A stretch of 64,000 bases of DNA from Halioglobus sp. (lineage in GTDB: Bacteria > Pseudomonadota > Gammaproteobacteria > Pseudomonadales > Halieaceae): NCBI GenBank assembly GCA_013214285.1, contig JABSPW010000001.1, positions 16,945 through 80,944 of the forward strand, written 5' to 3'. Every line of letters begins with the position of its first letter. Position 1 is the stretch's first letter. The notes beneath the pieces are model-generated. The model made no database searches, was not told where the DNA came from, and was given only the letters and a program-made list of their open reading frames with translations. Positions 48,435 to 57,304 of the stretch are shown piece after piece. Both the position numbers and the translations under genes were made by a program.

Positions 48435-49505
48435 ATGTACGTTCTAATGATCGGACCAGGATTAACAGTCAGAGGCGGCATATCTTCTGTAGAGCGACTG
48501 ATCGTCGAGTGCAGTTCACAAGCCGATTTTTCTATTGCTCATTTGAGCAGCTATGAAGATGGCGGCTTTCTAAAAAAATTATTTGCCTTCGGCAAATCCA
48601 TTATTGCTGTTCCAGGCATCTTCATTACCACTGATATAGCGTTAGTGCACATACACTTTTCGCATTATGGAAGTACTTTACGGAAAATACTGCTACTTCA
48701 TTATCTGCGCCTTTTCCGTCGACCTATCGTTATGCATTCCCACGGTTCTGATTTTCATATTTTTTTCAAAGGCTTGCCTGGTATCGCTCGGCGGTTTCTT
48801 CAGTATTCGTTATCGCGTACAACGCGCATCATTGTTTTATCACAGAGTTGGAAGGATTTTTATGTAAATGACCTTCAACTCGACCCATCGAATATTTTTG
48901 TACTTCAGAATCCTGTGGAGACTTCTGACCCATCTTCAGAAATAGATAAAGGCTACACTCAATATTTATTTCTTGGTCGCCTGGAGAGGCGCAAAGGCAT
49001 TTACGACATCGTAGAAGCATTTGCCAAGCTAGATGAAACCGCCGACCTGAAAGACATGCGATTCATCGCGGCAGGTGACGGCGATTTGGGAAAGGTGAAA
49101 GCTCTAATTGCAGACAAAGGACTGGAGCCCGTCATAGCAGTGGAAGGATGGGTTGATAGAGAAAGGGTTGCTGATTTACTGCAGGCGTCAGACGTTTTAC
49201 TGCTCCCTTCTTACAATGAGGGATTACCTATGGCTTTGCTTGAAGCGATGGGATCAGGCTTAACGGTAATCACATCCCCTGTGGGAGGCATTCCAGAGGT
49301 TATTAAAGACGGTGTAAACGGCATACTTGTGCCGCCCGGTGACATTAACGCATTAATCCAAGCCATATGGAGTAGTCGGGACGCTAATCTTCGAAGCGAG
49401 CTCGGCAACAACGCGAAAGACACAGTGCAGTCGAATTCATTGGAAGTGTATTGTAAAAAGCTTTTTAAGCTCTATGAATCCATCTGTCACTATTCGCTAA
49501 AGTAA
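48435..49505 (+). CDS. Glycosyltransferase group 1 (GT-B)
   Basis: The ATG at 48435 gives MYVLMIGPG. The E-x7-E region is EGLPMALLEAMGSGLTVITSPVGGIPEVI. Confidence 0.8.
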   Translation: MYVLMIGPGLTVRGGISSVERLIVECSSQADFSIAHLSSYEDGGFLKKLFAFGKSIIAVPGIFITTDIALVHIHFSHYGSTLRKILLLHYLRLFRRPIVMHSHGSDFHIFFKGLPGIARRFLQYSLSRTTRIIVLSQSWKDFYVNDLQLDPSNIFVLQNPVETSDPSSEIDKGYTQYLFLGRLERRKGIYDIVEAFAKLDETADLKDMRFIAAGDGDLGKVKALIADKGLEPVIAVEGWVDRERVADLLQASDVLLLPSYNEGLPMALLEAMGSGLTVITSPVGGIPEVIKDGVNGILVPPGDINALIQAIWSSRDANLRSELGNNAKDTVQSNSLEVYCKKLFKLYESICHYSLK

Positions 49506-49602
49506 GACGTTTCTAGTTGGAATAACGCATTTTGTTATTTATTCAGGAATACATGCTAATGCCTCTCTTTGAAATATCGCTAGTCTAAAGGTCACTATTT
49601 AA

Positions 49603-51477
49603 ATGTGTGGTATTTTTGGCGTACTGAACGGATCGAATGACACCTTTATCTCGCAAGCAGATGTAGAGGAAGCTATCGGTTTGCTGTCCCACCGAGGACC
49701 AGACGATGGAGGCATAGAAGAACTATTTAGTGGAAAAGGCCACAAAGGTTTCCTGGGGCACCGGCGGCTATCCATCATTGACCTGGAAGGGGGAAAACAG
49801 CCCATGGTCGATGCGCATGCCGGACACGTTTTGACTTACAACGGCGAAATTTACAATTACAAGAGCTTACGGAAGCAGCTTCAGAGTGAAGGATACATAT
49901 TCAAGGAACGCTCTGATACTGAGGTAATCCTGAAAGCTTACCAACGATGGGGAAGGCAGTGTGTTGAGCACCTACGCGGTATGTTTGCTTTTGCAATATG
50001 GGATAGCGCCAAGGGTGAATTGTTTCTCGCCCGAGATCATTTTGGGAAAAAGCCGCTTTTCTATGTGCAACAGGGTCATTCTCTCTATTTTTCCTCCGAG
50101 ATAAAGGCTCTTCTTTCGCTACCGACGCTGTCGTTTTCAATGGATTACGACAATATTAAAAATTACCTCATTTACCGCTACATACCCGGACCCGATACAC
50201 TTATTCGAGAAATAAAGAAACTACCTCCCGGCGCAACACTTGTGTGGAAAGACGGTCGGTTTGACCTCACACCCTACTTCGTTCCGGCAGAAGCAACTGC
50301 AATACAGTCTAATATAAGTGAGCGTGATGCAGTCAACGACTTCTGGCTAAAACTTGATGAGGCTGTTGAACTTAGGATGCAGGCAGATGTTCCCTTCGGC
50401 GCTTTTCTGTCAGGTGGTATAGATTCATCGGCTATAGTGGCGCTAATGAGTCGACACAATCACCAGCGGGTAAGAACATTTTCTGTAGGTTTCAAAGAGG
50501 CGGAATATAGTGAACTGTCTTATGCGAAAGTAATAGCTGATTTTTTTTCCACTGAACACAATGAACTTTTGGTGTCACATAAAGACCTGATCGAACTACT
50601 ACCCAAGCTTATCCGCTACCGCGATGCTCCTGTGTCAGAGCCTTCGGATATCGCTATTTATATGCTGTCGATGGAAGCGAGCCGTACAGTAAAAATGGTA
50701 CTGACCGGAGAAGGTAGCGATGAAATACTAGCCGGATATCCTAAGCATGCGTATGAGCGTTACGGGCAGCTTTACCGAAAACTACCTGGCCTTCTGCGTC
50801 GAGACGTCATTGAACCGCTTGTCTACAAACTGCCCTACAGGTTCCGTCGAGCGAAGACGGCAATTCGAAATTTCGGCATAGACCGCTACGATGAGAGAAT
50901 GCCTGGCTGGTTCGGTGCAGTGGACAAATCTCAGGCGTCAAAACTGTTACGACTGAATGGTCAGAATGATTTGCCTCATATTGCGCCGTCCAGAGCTGGC
51001 GGCTCGTTGCGAGATATTCTCCTCTTTGATCAGAAAAGCTGGTTACCCGACAATCTGCTGGAAAGGGGTGATCGAGTAACAATGGCTGCATCTATAGAAG
51101 CTCGCATGCCCTTCATGGACATTCAACTTGCCGCTTTTGCAGCTACCTTACCCGATAAATATCGTGTCCGTAACCTCAGTACCAAGTGGGTACTAAGACA
51201 GGCGATGCAAGGCATCCTACCTCAAAATATATTAGACAGACCAAAGGTCGGATTTAGAATACCAGTCAACGAGTGGTTTAGAACAAGCATGAAAGCACAA
51301 CTTATGGACAACCTTCTTAGCGCAGATTCCCTATCAAACCAGTTTTATGATTCCAATATCCTCAATAAACTGGTTAATGAACACGTGCGAGGACGACAGA
51401 ATCACGAAAAGTTACTATGGACGTTGCTTAATCTCGAAATTTGGATGCGAGAATATCGCAGTAGGATAGCTTTTTGA
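49603..51477 (+). CDS. Asparagine synthase (glutamine-hydrolysing)-family amidotransferase, EPS-locus type
   Basis: The N-terminal nucleophile is MCGIFG. The PP-loop is FLSGGIDSSAIVALM. Confidence 0.9.
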   Translation: MCGIFGVLNGSNDTFISQADVEEAIGLLSHRGPDDGGIEELFSGKGHKGFLGHRRLSIIDLEGGKQPMVDAHAGHVLTYNGEIYNYKSLRKQLQSEGYIFKERSDTEVILKAYQRWGRQCVEHLRGMFAFAIWDSAKGELFLARDHFGKKPLFYVQQGHSLYFSSEIKALLSLPTLSFSMDYDNIKNYLIYRYIPGPDTLIREIKKLPPGATLVWKDGRFDLTPYFVPAEATAIQSNISERDAVNDFWLKLDEAVELRMQADVPFGAFLSGGIDSSAIVALMSRHNHQRVRTFSVGFKEAEYSELSYAKVIADFFSTEHNELLVSHKDLIELLPKLIRYRDAPVSEPSDIAIYMLSMEASRTVKMVLTGEGSDEILAGYPKHAYERYGQLYRKLPGLLRRDVIEPLVYKLPYRFRRAKTAIRNFGIDRYDERMPGWFGAVDKSQASKLLRLNGQNDLPHIAPSRAGGSLRDILLFDQKSWLPDNLLERGDRVTMAASIEARMPFMDIQLAAFAATLPDKYRVRNLSTKWVLRQAMQGILPQNILDRPKVGFRIPVNEWFRTSMKAQLMDNLLSADSLSNQFYDSNILNKLVNEHVRGRQNHEKLLWTLLNLEIWMREYRSRIAF

Positions 51478-53454
51478 ATGAATGCAAGATGGATCATCAA
51501 TCGATTAAAAGCGATGACTATCGCGGAGGTCTTGCATCGTGGTTCCCGTCTATTTACTTTGTACGCGGAAAAGTGGGCTGTCATGATGGGCTGGGAACCA
51601 AACGCACGGCATAGCGAGCCCGGACATTCAGACGCTTTATTCCCCTGTTCCATCGACGAGACTATGATAAGCTCAGATTTGGAATCTTTGTCTGAGTCAT
51701 TACGATCTGGACACGTTGACCTATTCGACTATCAGCATTTGCAGACGGGCAACCCTGTCCAGTGGCATGTTGACCCCCTCACATTGACGCAGATCGATAG
51801 TAAGGCTTTCGGTAAAACGCTGAACTATCGTGATTCTAGGCAAGTTGGCGATGTAAAGGTGATCTGGGAGCTGGGCAGACACCAGTTCCTGGTGCCTATA
51901 GCAATTGAGTTCCTAGTGGAAAAGGATGATGAACACCTTGACGTGATTGCAAATGTGCTGTCATCTTGGCTTGATCAAAATCCATATGGAAAGGGAATAC
52001 ACTGGTGCAGCTCACTTGAGGTGGCCCTTAGAGGCATAAGTTGGGCTGTGACCCACCAGATTTTGCGGGCTGCTGGCTTAGAGCATGGACTCTTTTCGCT
52101 CAAGCTGGACAACATAACCCTGAAAAAAAGCCTGTATCAACACGCGTGGTTTACACGGCATTACCTTTCCCAGTTTAGTTCAGCAAACAATCATTTGATT
52201 GGCGAACTGACGGGACTTCTGGTACTTACCACGGTATTCCCTTTCGGGAATGAAACTAACAAATGGCGTGTGTTTGCTTGGCAGAAAATACAGCGCCAAG
52301 CACTGGACCAGGTTTGGCCCGATGGGGTGAACAAAGAGCAAGCTATTTATTATCACAGCTGGGTGCTAGAGTATTTTATTATCGCATATACTACCGCCAC
52401 CCGTTCGGGCATCAGCGTTCCCAGAAGCTTTGTTGATGTAATCTACGCCATGGCAGATTTTCTTGCCACGTTGTGCCCTTCCTTCGATGGGCGCGACTTG
52501 CCTCAGGTAGGTGACGCAGACGACGGTGTTGCATTGCGCTTCAGTGAAGCAAAAAAAACTAACTACTATACAGACCTGATTGCATCGGCCGCGCACATTG
52601 CAGGTCTAACTGCCTGCCCTAGCCAGTCTACTAAAGCATTGTGGTACGCCAGTTTGGGCGCAGTACGATCAGAGCACAAGGCCGCCTCACTATTCGCTCG
52701 CCAGTATCCAAAGATTTTCACAGAGGGCGGCTACGCCGTTCTGGGATCGGAAAACCTTCATTTACTATTCGACGCGGGGCCTATTGGATATCCCTCGATA
52801 GCAGCACATGGGCATGCAGATGCATTGAGTTTTTGTCTAGCGATTGACAAGGAATGGTGGTTAGTGGACCCGGGGACGTACGCCTATCATGCGGAAGAAC
52901 AGTGGAGAAACTACTTTCGCGGCACTGCGGCTCACAATACCGTATTAATCAATAATGAGAACCAGTCACAAATCGGCGGGGCATTTCTATGGCTTGACAG
53001 GGCAGAGGTTGATTTCGAAGGGCTGGTGGAGACAGCGGATCCGTGTGAACAAAGTTGTAGTGGGTCTGTCAGAAAATATTTTCGTTCACCGGATGTAGCT
53101 GTGACCCGGACCGTTCGTATTAATCCAAAAGCGTCGACGATCTTTCTGGCGGATCAGATTACCTGTTCCTGTCCCACGGACGTGTCGCTCTGTTTCCACT
53201 TCGCGCCCCACATCAATGTAGAAGTCTACGACGAGAACCGCTGCAAGGCGAGTATAGCAGGGGGCTCCAAAGCCATGCACCTGACGTTCTCCAGCACGTG
53301 CTCTCTGGCTACATACTGCGGCAGTGAGAATCCCATCTGGGGATGGTACTCGGGCTCACTTGGCAAGAAAGAGCCCTGTATCACGTTGGTTGCCAGTACT
53401 CGGCTATACGACAGCACTAAACTGAACACAAAGATTGATATTCTGGCAATATGA
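51478..53454 (+). CDS. Heparinase II/III-family protein, no signal peptide
   Basis: The ATG immediately follows the amidotransferase TGA. Motifs are NNHLIGELTGL and SIAAHGHADALSFCL. The N-terminus MNARWIINRLKAMTIAEVLHRG is not signal-like. Confidence 0.7.
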   Translation: MNARWIINRLKAMTIAEVLHRGSRLFTLYAEKWAVMMGWEPNARHSEPGHSDALFPCSIDETMISSDLESLSESLRSGHVDLFDYQHLQTGNPVQWHVDPLTLTQIDSKAFGKTLNYRDSRQVGDVKVIWELGRHQFLVPIAIEFLVEKDDEHLDVIANVLSSWLDQNPYGKGIHWCSSLEVALRGISWAVTHQILRAAGLEHGLFSLKLDNITLKKSLYQHAWFTRHYLSQFSSANNHLIGELTGLLVLTTVFPFGNETNKWRVFAWQKIQRQALDQVWPDGVNKEQAIYYHSWVLEYFIIAYTTATRSGISVPRSFVDVIYAMADFLATLCPSFDGRDLPQVGDADDGVALRFSEAKKTNYYTDLIASAAHIAGLTACPSQSTKALWYASLGAVRSEHKAASLFARQYPKIFTEGGYAVLGSENLHLLFDAGPIGYPSIAAHGHADALSFCLAIDKEWWLVDPGTYAYHAEEQWRNYFRGTAAHNTVLINNENQSQIGGAFLWLDRAEVDFEGLVETADPCEQSCSGSVRKYFRSPDVAVTRTVRINPKASTIFLADQITCSCPTDVSLCFHFAPHINVEVYDENRCKASIAGGSKAMHLTFSSTCSLATYCGSENPIWGWYSGSLGKKEPCITLVASTRLYDSTKLNTKIDILAI

Positions 53455-53571
53455 AACAGGCGGATCGCGAGACGCTCAAACAGTTTGTTCTTAACGCGCG
53501 ATGCAGTAAGTCACGCTCACCGGCCCGGCGCTATCCAAGGCGGGCCTTAGCGAAAAGGGAGCATAGAGCGC

Positions 53572-54057
53572 TCAGGCTGTGGCGTTTTCGGCTACCTGCT
53601 GCTTGCGGTCTCTGCGTCGAGAGACTATTGTCAAACCCATCAATGCCGAACCAAAGAGCCAGGCAGCCGCTGGGATAGGCACCGCAAACTTGTCGGAAAA
53701 GGCATTGTCCACGCCATCTCTAATGTCATGGTCGCTGCGCATTGTGAGTCTGCGTACATCCGGGAGCCCACTCGCGGTCCTCGTCAAACCCAGCACAATG
53801 CTGAGGTCACCCTCAGTAGCGGCTAGTCTCTCTTTTACATTGTCAGGGGCAACTTGGAACGTCCGGTGTTCGGTGCCCTCGGGTCGCCCGCCGACATCCA
53901 ACAACGATGCCACCGGCCCCGGTTCCCTGTCGAAGCCAGGGACCGTCATGCTATACCAGGCCCCATTGTTTGCCACGCTAACCTGTGCGGCCGAGGCGTG
54001 AGTACCGATCAACATAAACAGCACAATGGGTAACAGCTTTTCGTATCGTCCTTTCAT
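53572..54057 (-). CDS. Secreted protein with C-terminal VPLPA/PEP-CTERM-type sorting signal
   Basis: The ATG at 54057 is preceded by AAGGAG with a 6-nt spacer. The signal peptide is MKGRYEKLLPIVLFMLIGTHASA. The C-terminus is VPIPAAAWLFGSALMGLTIVSRRRDRK, that is a motif, a TM helix and an Arg cluster. Confidence 0.7.
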   Translation of the reverse strand: MKGRYEKLLPIVLFMLIGTHASAAQVSVANNGAWYSMTVPGFDREPGPVASLLDVGGRPEGTEHRTFQVAPDNVKERLAATEGDLSIVLGLTRTASGLPDVRRLTMRSDHDIRDGVDNAFSDKFAVPIPAAAWLFGSALMGLTIVSRRRDRKQQVAENATA

Positions 54058-54648
54058 TTCCCGCTCCTTGTGGTACCACCGCTGCACCTCTACCCTACAG
54101 TAGCTCTGTGAAAACCCTGTGAAAGTAGTTGTATTCCTTACACATTAATGTGGTGACGGCCTTTGTAAAATAGTTAACACTGCGCCAGTTGTTATACTTA
54201 TATAGAATAATATCATTTTTTTATATCACTATTAGAGATAAGTGGGTGTTTTTTGTGACACGGTTGGCAACTTCTAAAAAGAAAGTTGGGGTATTGACGG
54301 CTGCGTCACAATTGCGCTGATCGATGCTCTAAGGCCAGCCGCGGCGGGCTTATCAGCCTTTTCACGTGTTAGGCTCAGTCAGGGGTCTCCCCTGACGCGA
54401 GCGTGCCTTCAAGCTGTTGCAGGCAAGCAGCGCAGGGCGCACCCCTATATGGGTCACAAGGTCCATCGACCGCAGGTTTCCTCGGTCGAGCAACCAACGC
54501 CTACAGTAGCAGGCACAGAACCGGTGTCCGCGCATCAGAGCGACGCACAGAATCAGAGCCATTAGATGGCAGCGCATGCTGGGTATTTGTCGGGCGGGAG
54601 GGTCGTCCCATCCGAACCAAGATCGAGAGCGGGCCTGAAGGCAAGCCG

Positions 54649-55083
54649 CTAGGGTTGCAACTTTTTCAGCGCCGCGCGCAGAGACCTGGGAATCGCAACG
54701 GACGCATGCCCATCCCGCTCCACAAACACGTGCACAAAGTGACCGTGCGCCGCGGCCCGCACTTGCCCTTTGAGAAATATAGCGACGCCATATTGCACAG
54801 AACTGTTGCCAAGCCTGTCGACACGTAGGCCAGCCTCGATGGGCTCCGGGTAAGTGACCGACGCGTGATAATCACAGTGGGAGCTTACCACGAAGCCGAC
54901 CACGCAGCCGTTTTTAATATCCAGGCCACCTTGCTCGATAAGATACTGATTGACCGCGGTGTCGAAGTAGGAGTAGTAGGCGACATTGTTCACGTGACCG
55001 TACACATCGTTGTCGGACCAACGCGTAGTAATCGGGTAGAAGGCCTTGTAATCCGTCCTTGCGGGCGGCGACATCTTACTCAT
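54649..55083 (-). CDS. Acyl-CoA thioesterase (4HBT/YbgC-like hotdog fold)
   Basis: The motif is RWSDNDVYGHVNNVAYYSYFDTAV. The start overlaps the upstream stop (ATGA). Confidence 0.8.
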   Translation of the reverse strand: MSKMSPPARTDYKAFYPITTRWSDNDVYGHVNNVAYYSYFDTAVNQYLIEQGGLDIKNGCVVGFVVSSHCDYHASVTYPEPIEAGLRVDRLGNSSVQYGVAIFLKGQVRAAAHGHFVHVFVERDGHASVAIPRSLRAALKKLQP

Positions 55084-56246
55084 GACAGCGCCTGGTAGGA
55101 CGCGCGATAAATGCCCAGCGCATCCTCATAACTGACTTCGCGCGGGTTGTTTACCAGTAGACGCTGTTGCAGCAGCGCATCCTCCGCCAACATTTCTAGA
55201 TCGCTCTCCCTAACGCCTGCTTGCGCTAAAGTCGCCGGCAACGCCACATCATCGATCAATTGTCGTAAAGCAGCAACCAAAGCGGCGGTCTTGGCCTCCG
55301 CAGAGCCCGCCACCGGGGCGCCCACCACCAGCTCAGCGAGCTCGGCATACAAGCCGCTTGCCGCAGTAGCATTAAACTCGAGGACAGACGGCAGCACCAA
55401 AGAATTACTCAGACCGTGAGGAATATGGTAATGCCCTCCAAGTGGATAGGCCAACGCATGCACCGCCGCCACCGGGGCATTTGCAAACGCCTGTCCCGCC
55501 AGGCAAGCACCCAGCAGCATATTCTCACGCGCATTTTCGTCCCCGCCTGTCCGCACTGCACGGCGCAAGCTGCCCGCCAGCAGGGTCAGGGCATGAATCG
55601 CCAGCTGGTCTGACAGCGGGTTCTTCTTGTGCCTCGAGGTATAGGCCTCAATCGCATGCACCATAGCATCGACACCGGTCATGGCTGTCACGGGCGCAGG
55701 CAGCCCAAGGGTTAGAGCAGGATCCAGTACCGCCACATCGGGCAACAGGACCGGCGATGACACGCCGGCCTTGGTCGTCTTCCCGGTCGTGATCACGGCG
55801 ACGGGAGTCATCTCCGATCCAGTCCCCGCTGTCGTGGGCACCAACACTAACGGTAAGCGGCCTCCGGTCACCTGTCCGACGCCGTATAACTCAGAGAGTA
55901 CCTGATCACCCGCCAACAGGACTGCCACCACCTTGGCAACATCCATAGAACTACCGCCACCCACTGCGACAACACCATCGACGTCGTGTTCGGTTGCGCT
56001 GCGGACGGCGGCTAGCACGGTCTCTTCCGGTGGGTCCTCGCGCACCTGGTCGTAGAGTACGGGCGATACTCCCGCAGCACTGAGCGCGGCCATCACCGGT
56101 TGCACCAAGCCTATAGAGACCAGCCCCGGGTCAGTAACAAACAGTGGGCGGGTGACCTCAAGGCTATACAATTCGTCCGCCAGTCGATCGCTGGCGCGGT
56201 GAGCATTAACAATGCGCCTCACCGTGTTGAACTCGAAAGCAGCCAT
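55080..56246 (-). CDS. Iron-containing (group III) alcohol dehydrogenase
   Basis: Motifs are AVGGGSSMDVAKVVA plus the His-rich metal site (HAIEAY, HALAYPLGGHYHIPHG). Confidence 0.85.
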   Translation of the reverse strand: MAAFEFNTVRRIVNAHRASDRLADELYSLEVTRPLFVTDPGLVSIGLVQPVMAALSAAGVSPVLYDQVREDPPEETVLAAVRSATEHDVDGVVAVGGGSSMDVAKVVAVLLAGDQVLSELYGVGQVTGGRLPLVLVPTTAGTGSEMTPVAVITTGKTTKAGVSSPVLLPDVAVLDPALTLGLPAPVTAMTGVDAMVHAIEAYTSRHKKNPLSDQLAIHALTLLAGSLRRAVRTGGDENARENMLLGACLAGQAFANAPVAAVHALAYPLGGHYHIPHGLSNSLVLPSVLEFNATAASGLYAELAELVVGAPVAGSAEAKTAALVAALRQLIDDVALPATLAQAGVRESDLEMLAEDALLQQRLLVNNPREVSYEDALGIYRASYQALS

Positions 56247-56256
56247 GGGGCGGCAC

Positions 56257-57234
56257 CTACATTGTGATAATTACCTTGCCTCGAGCACGACGCTCGATCA
56301 TGCAGTTAAACGCATCTTCATACTGTTGAATAGGAAAACAGTCAGTAACTACTGGGCTGATCTTGCCGCCCTCGAACCACACGCTCAATTCTGCGATGTT
56401 CTGCATGTTGACCTCCGGTTCTTCTCCGGAAAAGCGGCCCCAGAAAACACCAACGAGAGCCGCGCCCTTGAGCAGCGCCAGGTTGAGAGGAATGCTGGGA
56501 ATCGGGCCACTGGCAAAACCGATCACCAGATAGCGGCCATTCCAGGCCAGGTTGCGTATCGCAGGCTCTGCGTAATCACCTCCCACAGGATCATAAATCA
56601 CATCAAAGCCTTTGCCGCCAGAAACTTCTTTCAACTTTGCCTTGAGGTCGATATTGCTGTAGTTGATCACGTCGTCCGCGCCGATTTGTTTACATATATC
56701 CAGCTTTTCATCCGTGCTTGCACAGGCCGTAACATGCGCCCCCATGACCTTACCAAGCTCCACCGCGGAAGTCCCAACGCCACCAGCCGCGCCGAGCACA
56801 AGCAACCGCTCACCCTCGCGTAAATGCGCTCGCTGCTTAAAGGCATGGTAGGTGGTGAAGTAAGTGATACTGATGCCTGCTGCCTGCTCGAAGCTAAGAG
56901 CTTTCGGTTTGGGAAACGCAGCAAACTCATTGACGCTGACCTTTTCGCAGAACGCACCAGACGCACCCATGGAAATAGCTTCGTCGCCCACGTTGAATCG
57001 GCTCACCTTCTCGCCTACCGCAGTCACAACACCGGCGCACTCACCACCGGGCACAAAGGGAAGTTCGGGCTGGTACTGGTACTTCCCCTGAATCGTCAGC
57101 ACATCGGGGAAGTTAAGCCCGGCCGCCTTAACCTCAATCAGTACATCGTGGTCACCGATCTCGGGCTCTGGCCAATCTGTAACCAATGCCAGTTTATCCG
57201 CCATGCCGAGCTCTCTACACACCACCGCTTTCAT
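56257..57234 (-). CDS. NADPH:quinone oxidoreductase / zinc-type MDR dehydrogenase
   Basis: MKAVVCRELG is followed by GLNFPDVLTIQGKY. The cofactor motif is VLGAAGGVGTSAVELGK. Confidence 0.85.
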   Translation of the reverse strand: MKAVVCRELGMADKLALVTDWPEPEIGDHDVLIEVKAAGLNFPDVLTIQGKYQYQPELPFVPGGECAGVVTAVGEKVSRFNVGDEAISMGASGAFCEKVSVNEFAAFPKPKALSFEQAAGISITYFTTYHAFKQRAHLREGERLLVLGAAGGVGTSAVELGKVMGAHVTACASTDEKLDICKQIGADDVINYSNIDLKAKLKEVSGGKGFDVIYDPVGGDYAEPAIRNLAWNGRYLVIGFASGPIPSIPLNLALLKGAALVGVFWGRFSGEEPEVNMQNIAELSVWFEGGKISPVVTDCFPIQQYEDAFNCMIERRARGKVIITM

Positions 57235-57304
57235 TGCTGATCCTCAGGATTCAAATACCAAGACAAGAACGGCGCCAAAAGGCGCCGTTCTCAGGAGCAC
57301 GTTA

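Larger units (their letters stand above)
20207..53455. other. Compositionally distinct (AT-richer) accessory segment of the polysaccharide island
   Basis: Spot G+C counts on single 60-nt lines gave 40/60 at 7021 (carB) and 39/60 at 57001. Inside the segment they gave 24/60 at 21421, 21/60 at 33301, 23/60 at 37561 and 27/60 at 45361. The beta-helix repeat line at 27001 is intermediate at 33/60. Confidence 0.6.

Noticed and set aside
54171-54188. Sigma54-like CTGGCGCAGTGTTAACTA (minus strand) upstream of the CTERM-sorting protein gene
   Set aside because: The -24 element is imperfect (TGGCGC) and the -12 GC is absent, so it is not distinguishable from chance.
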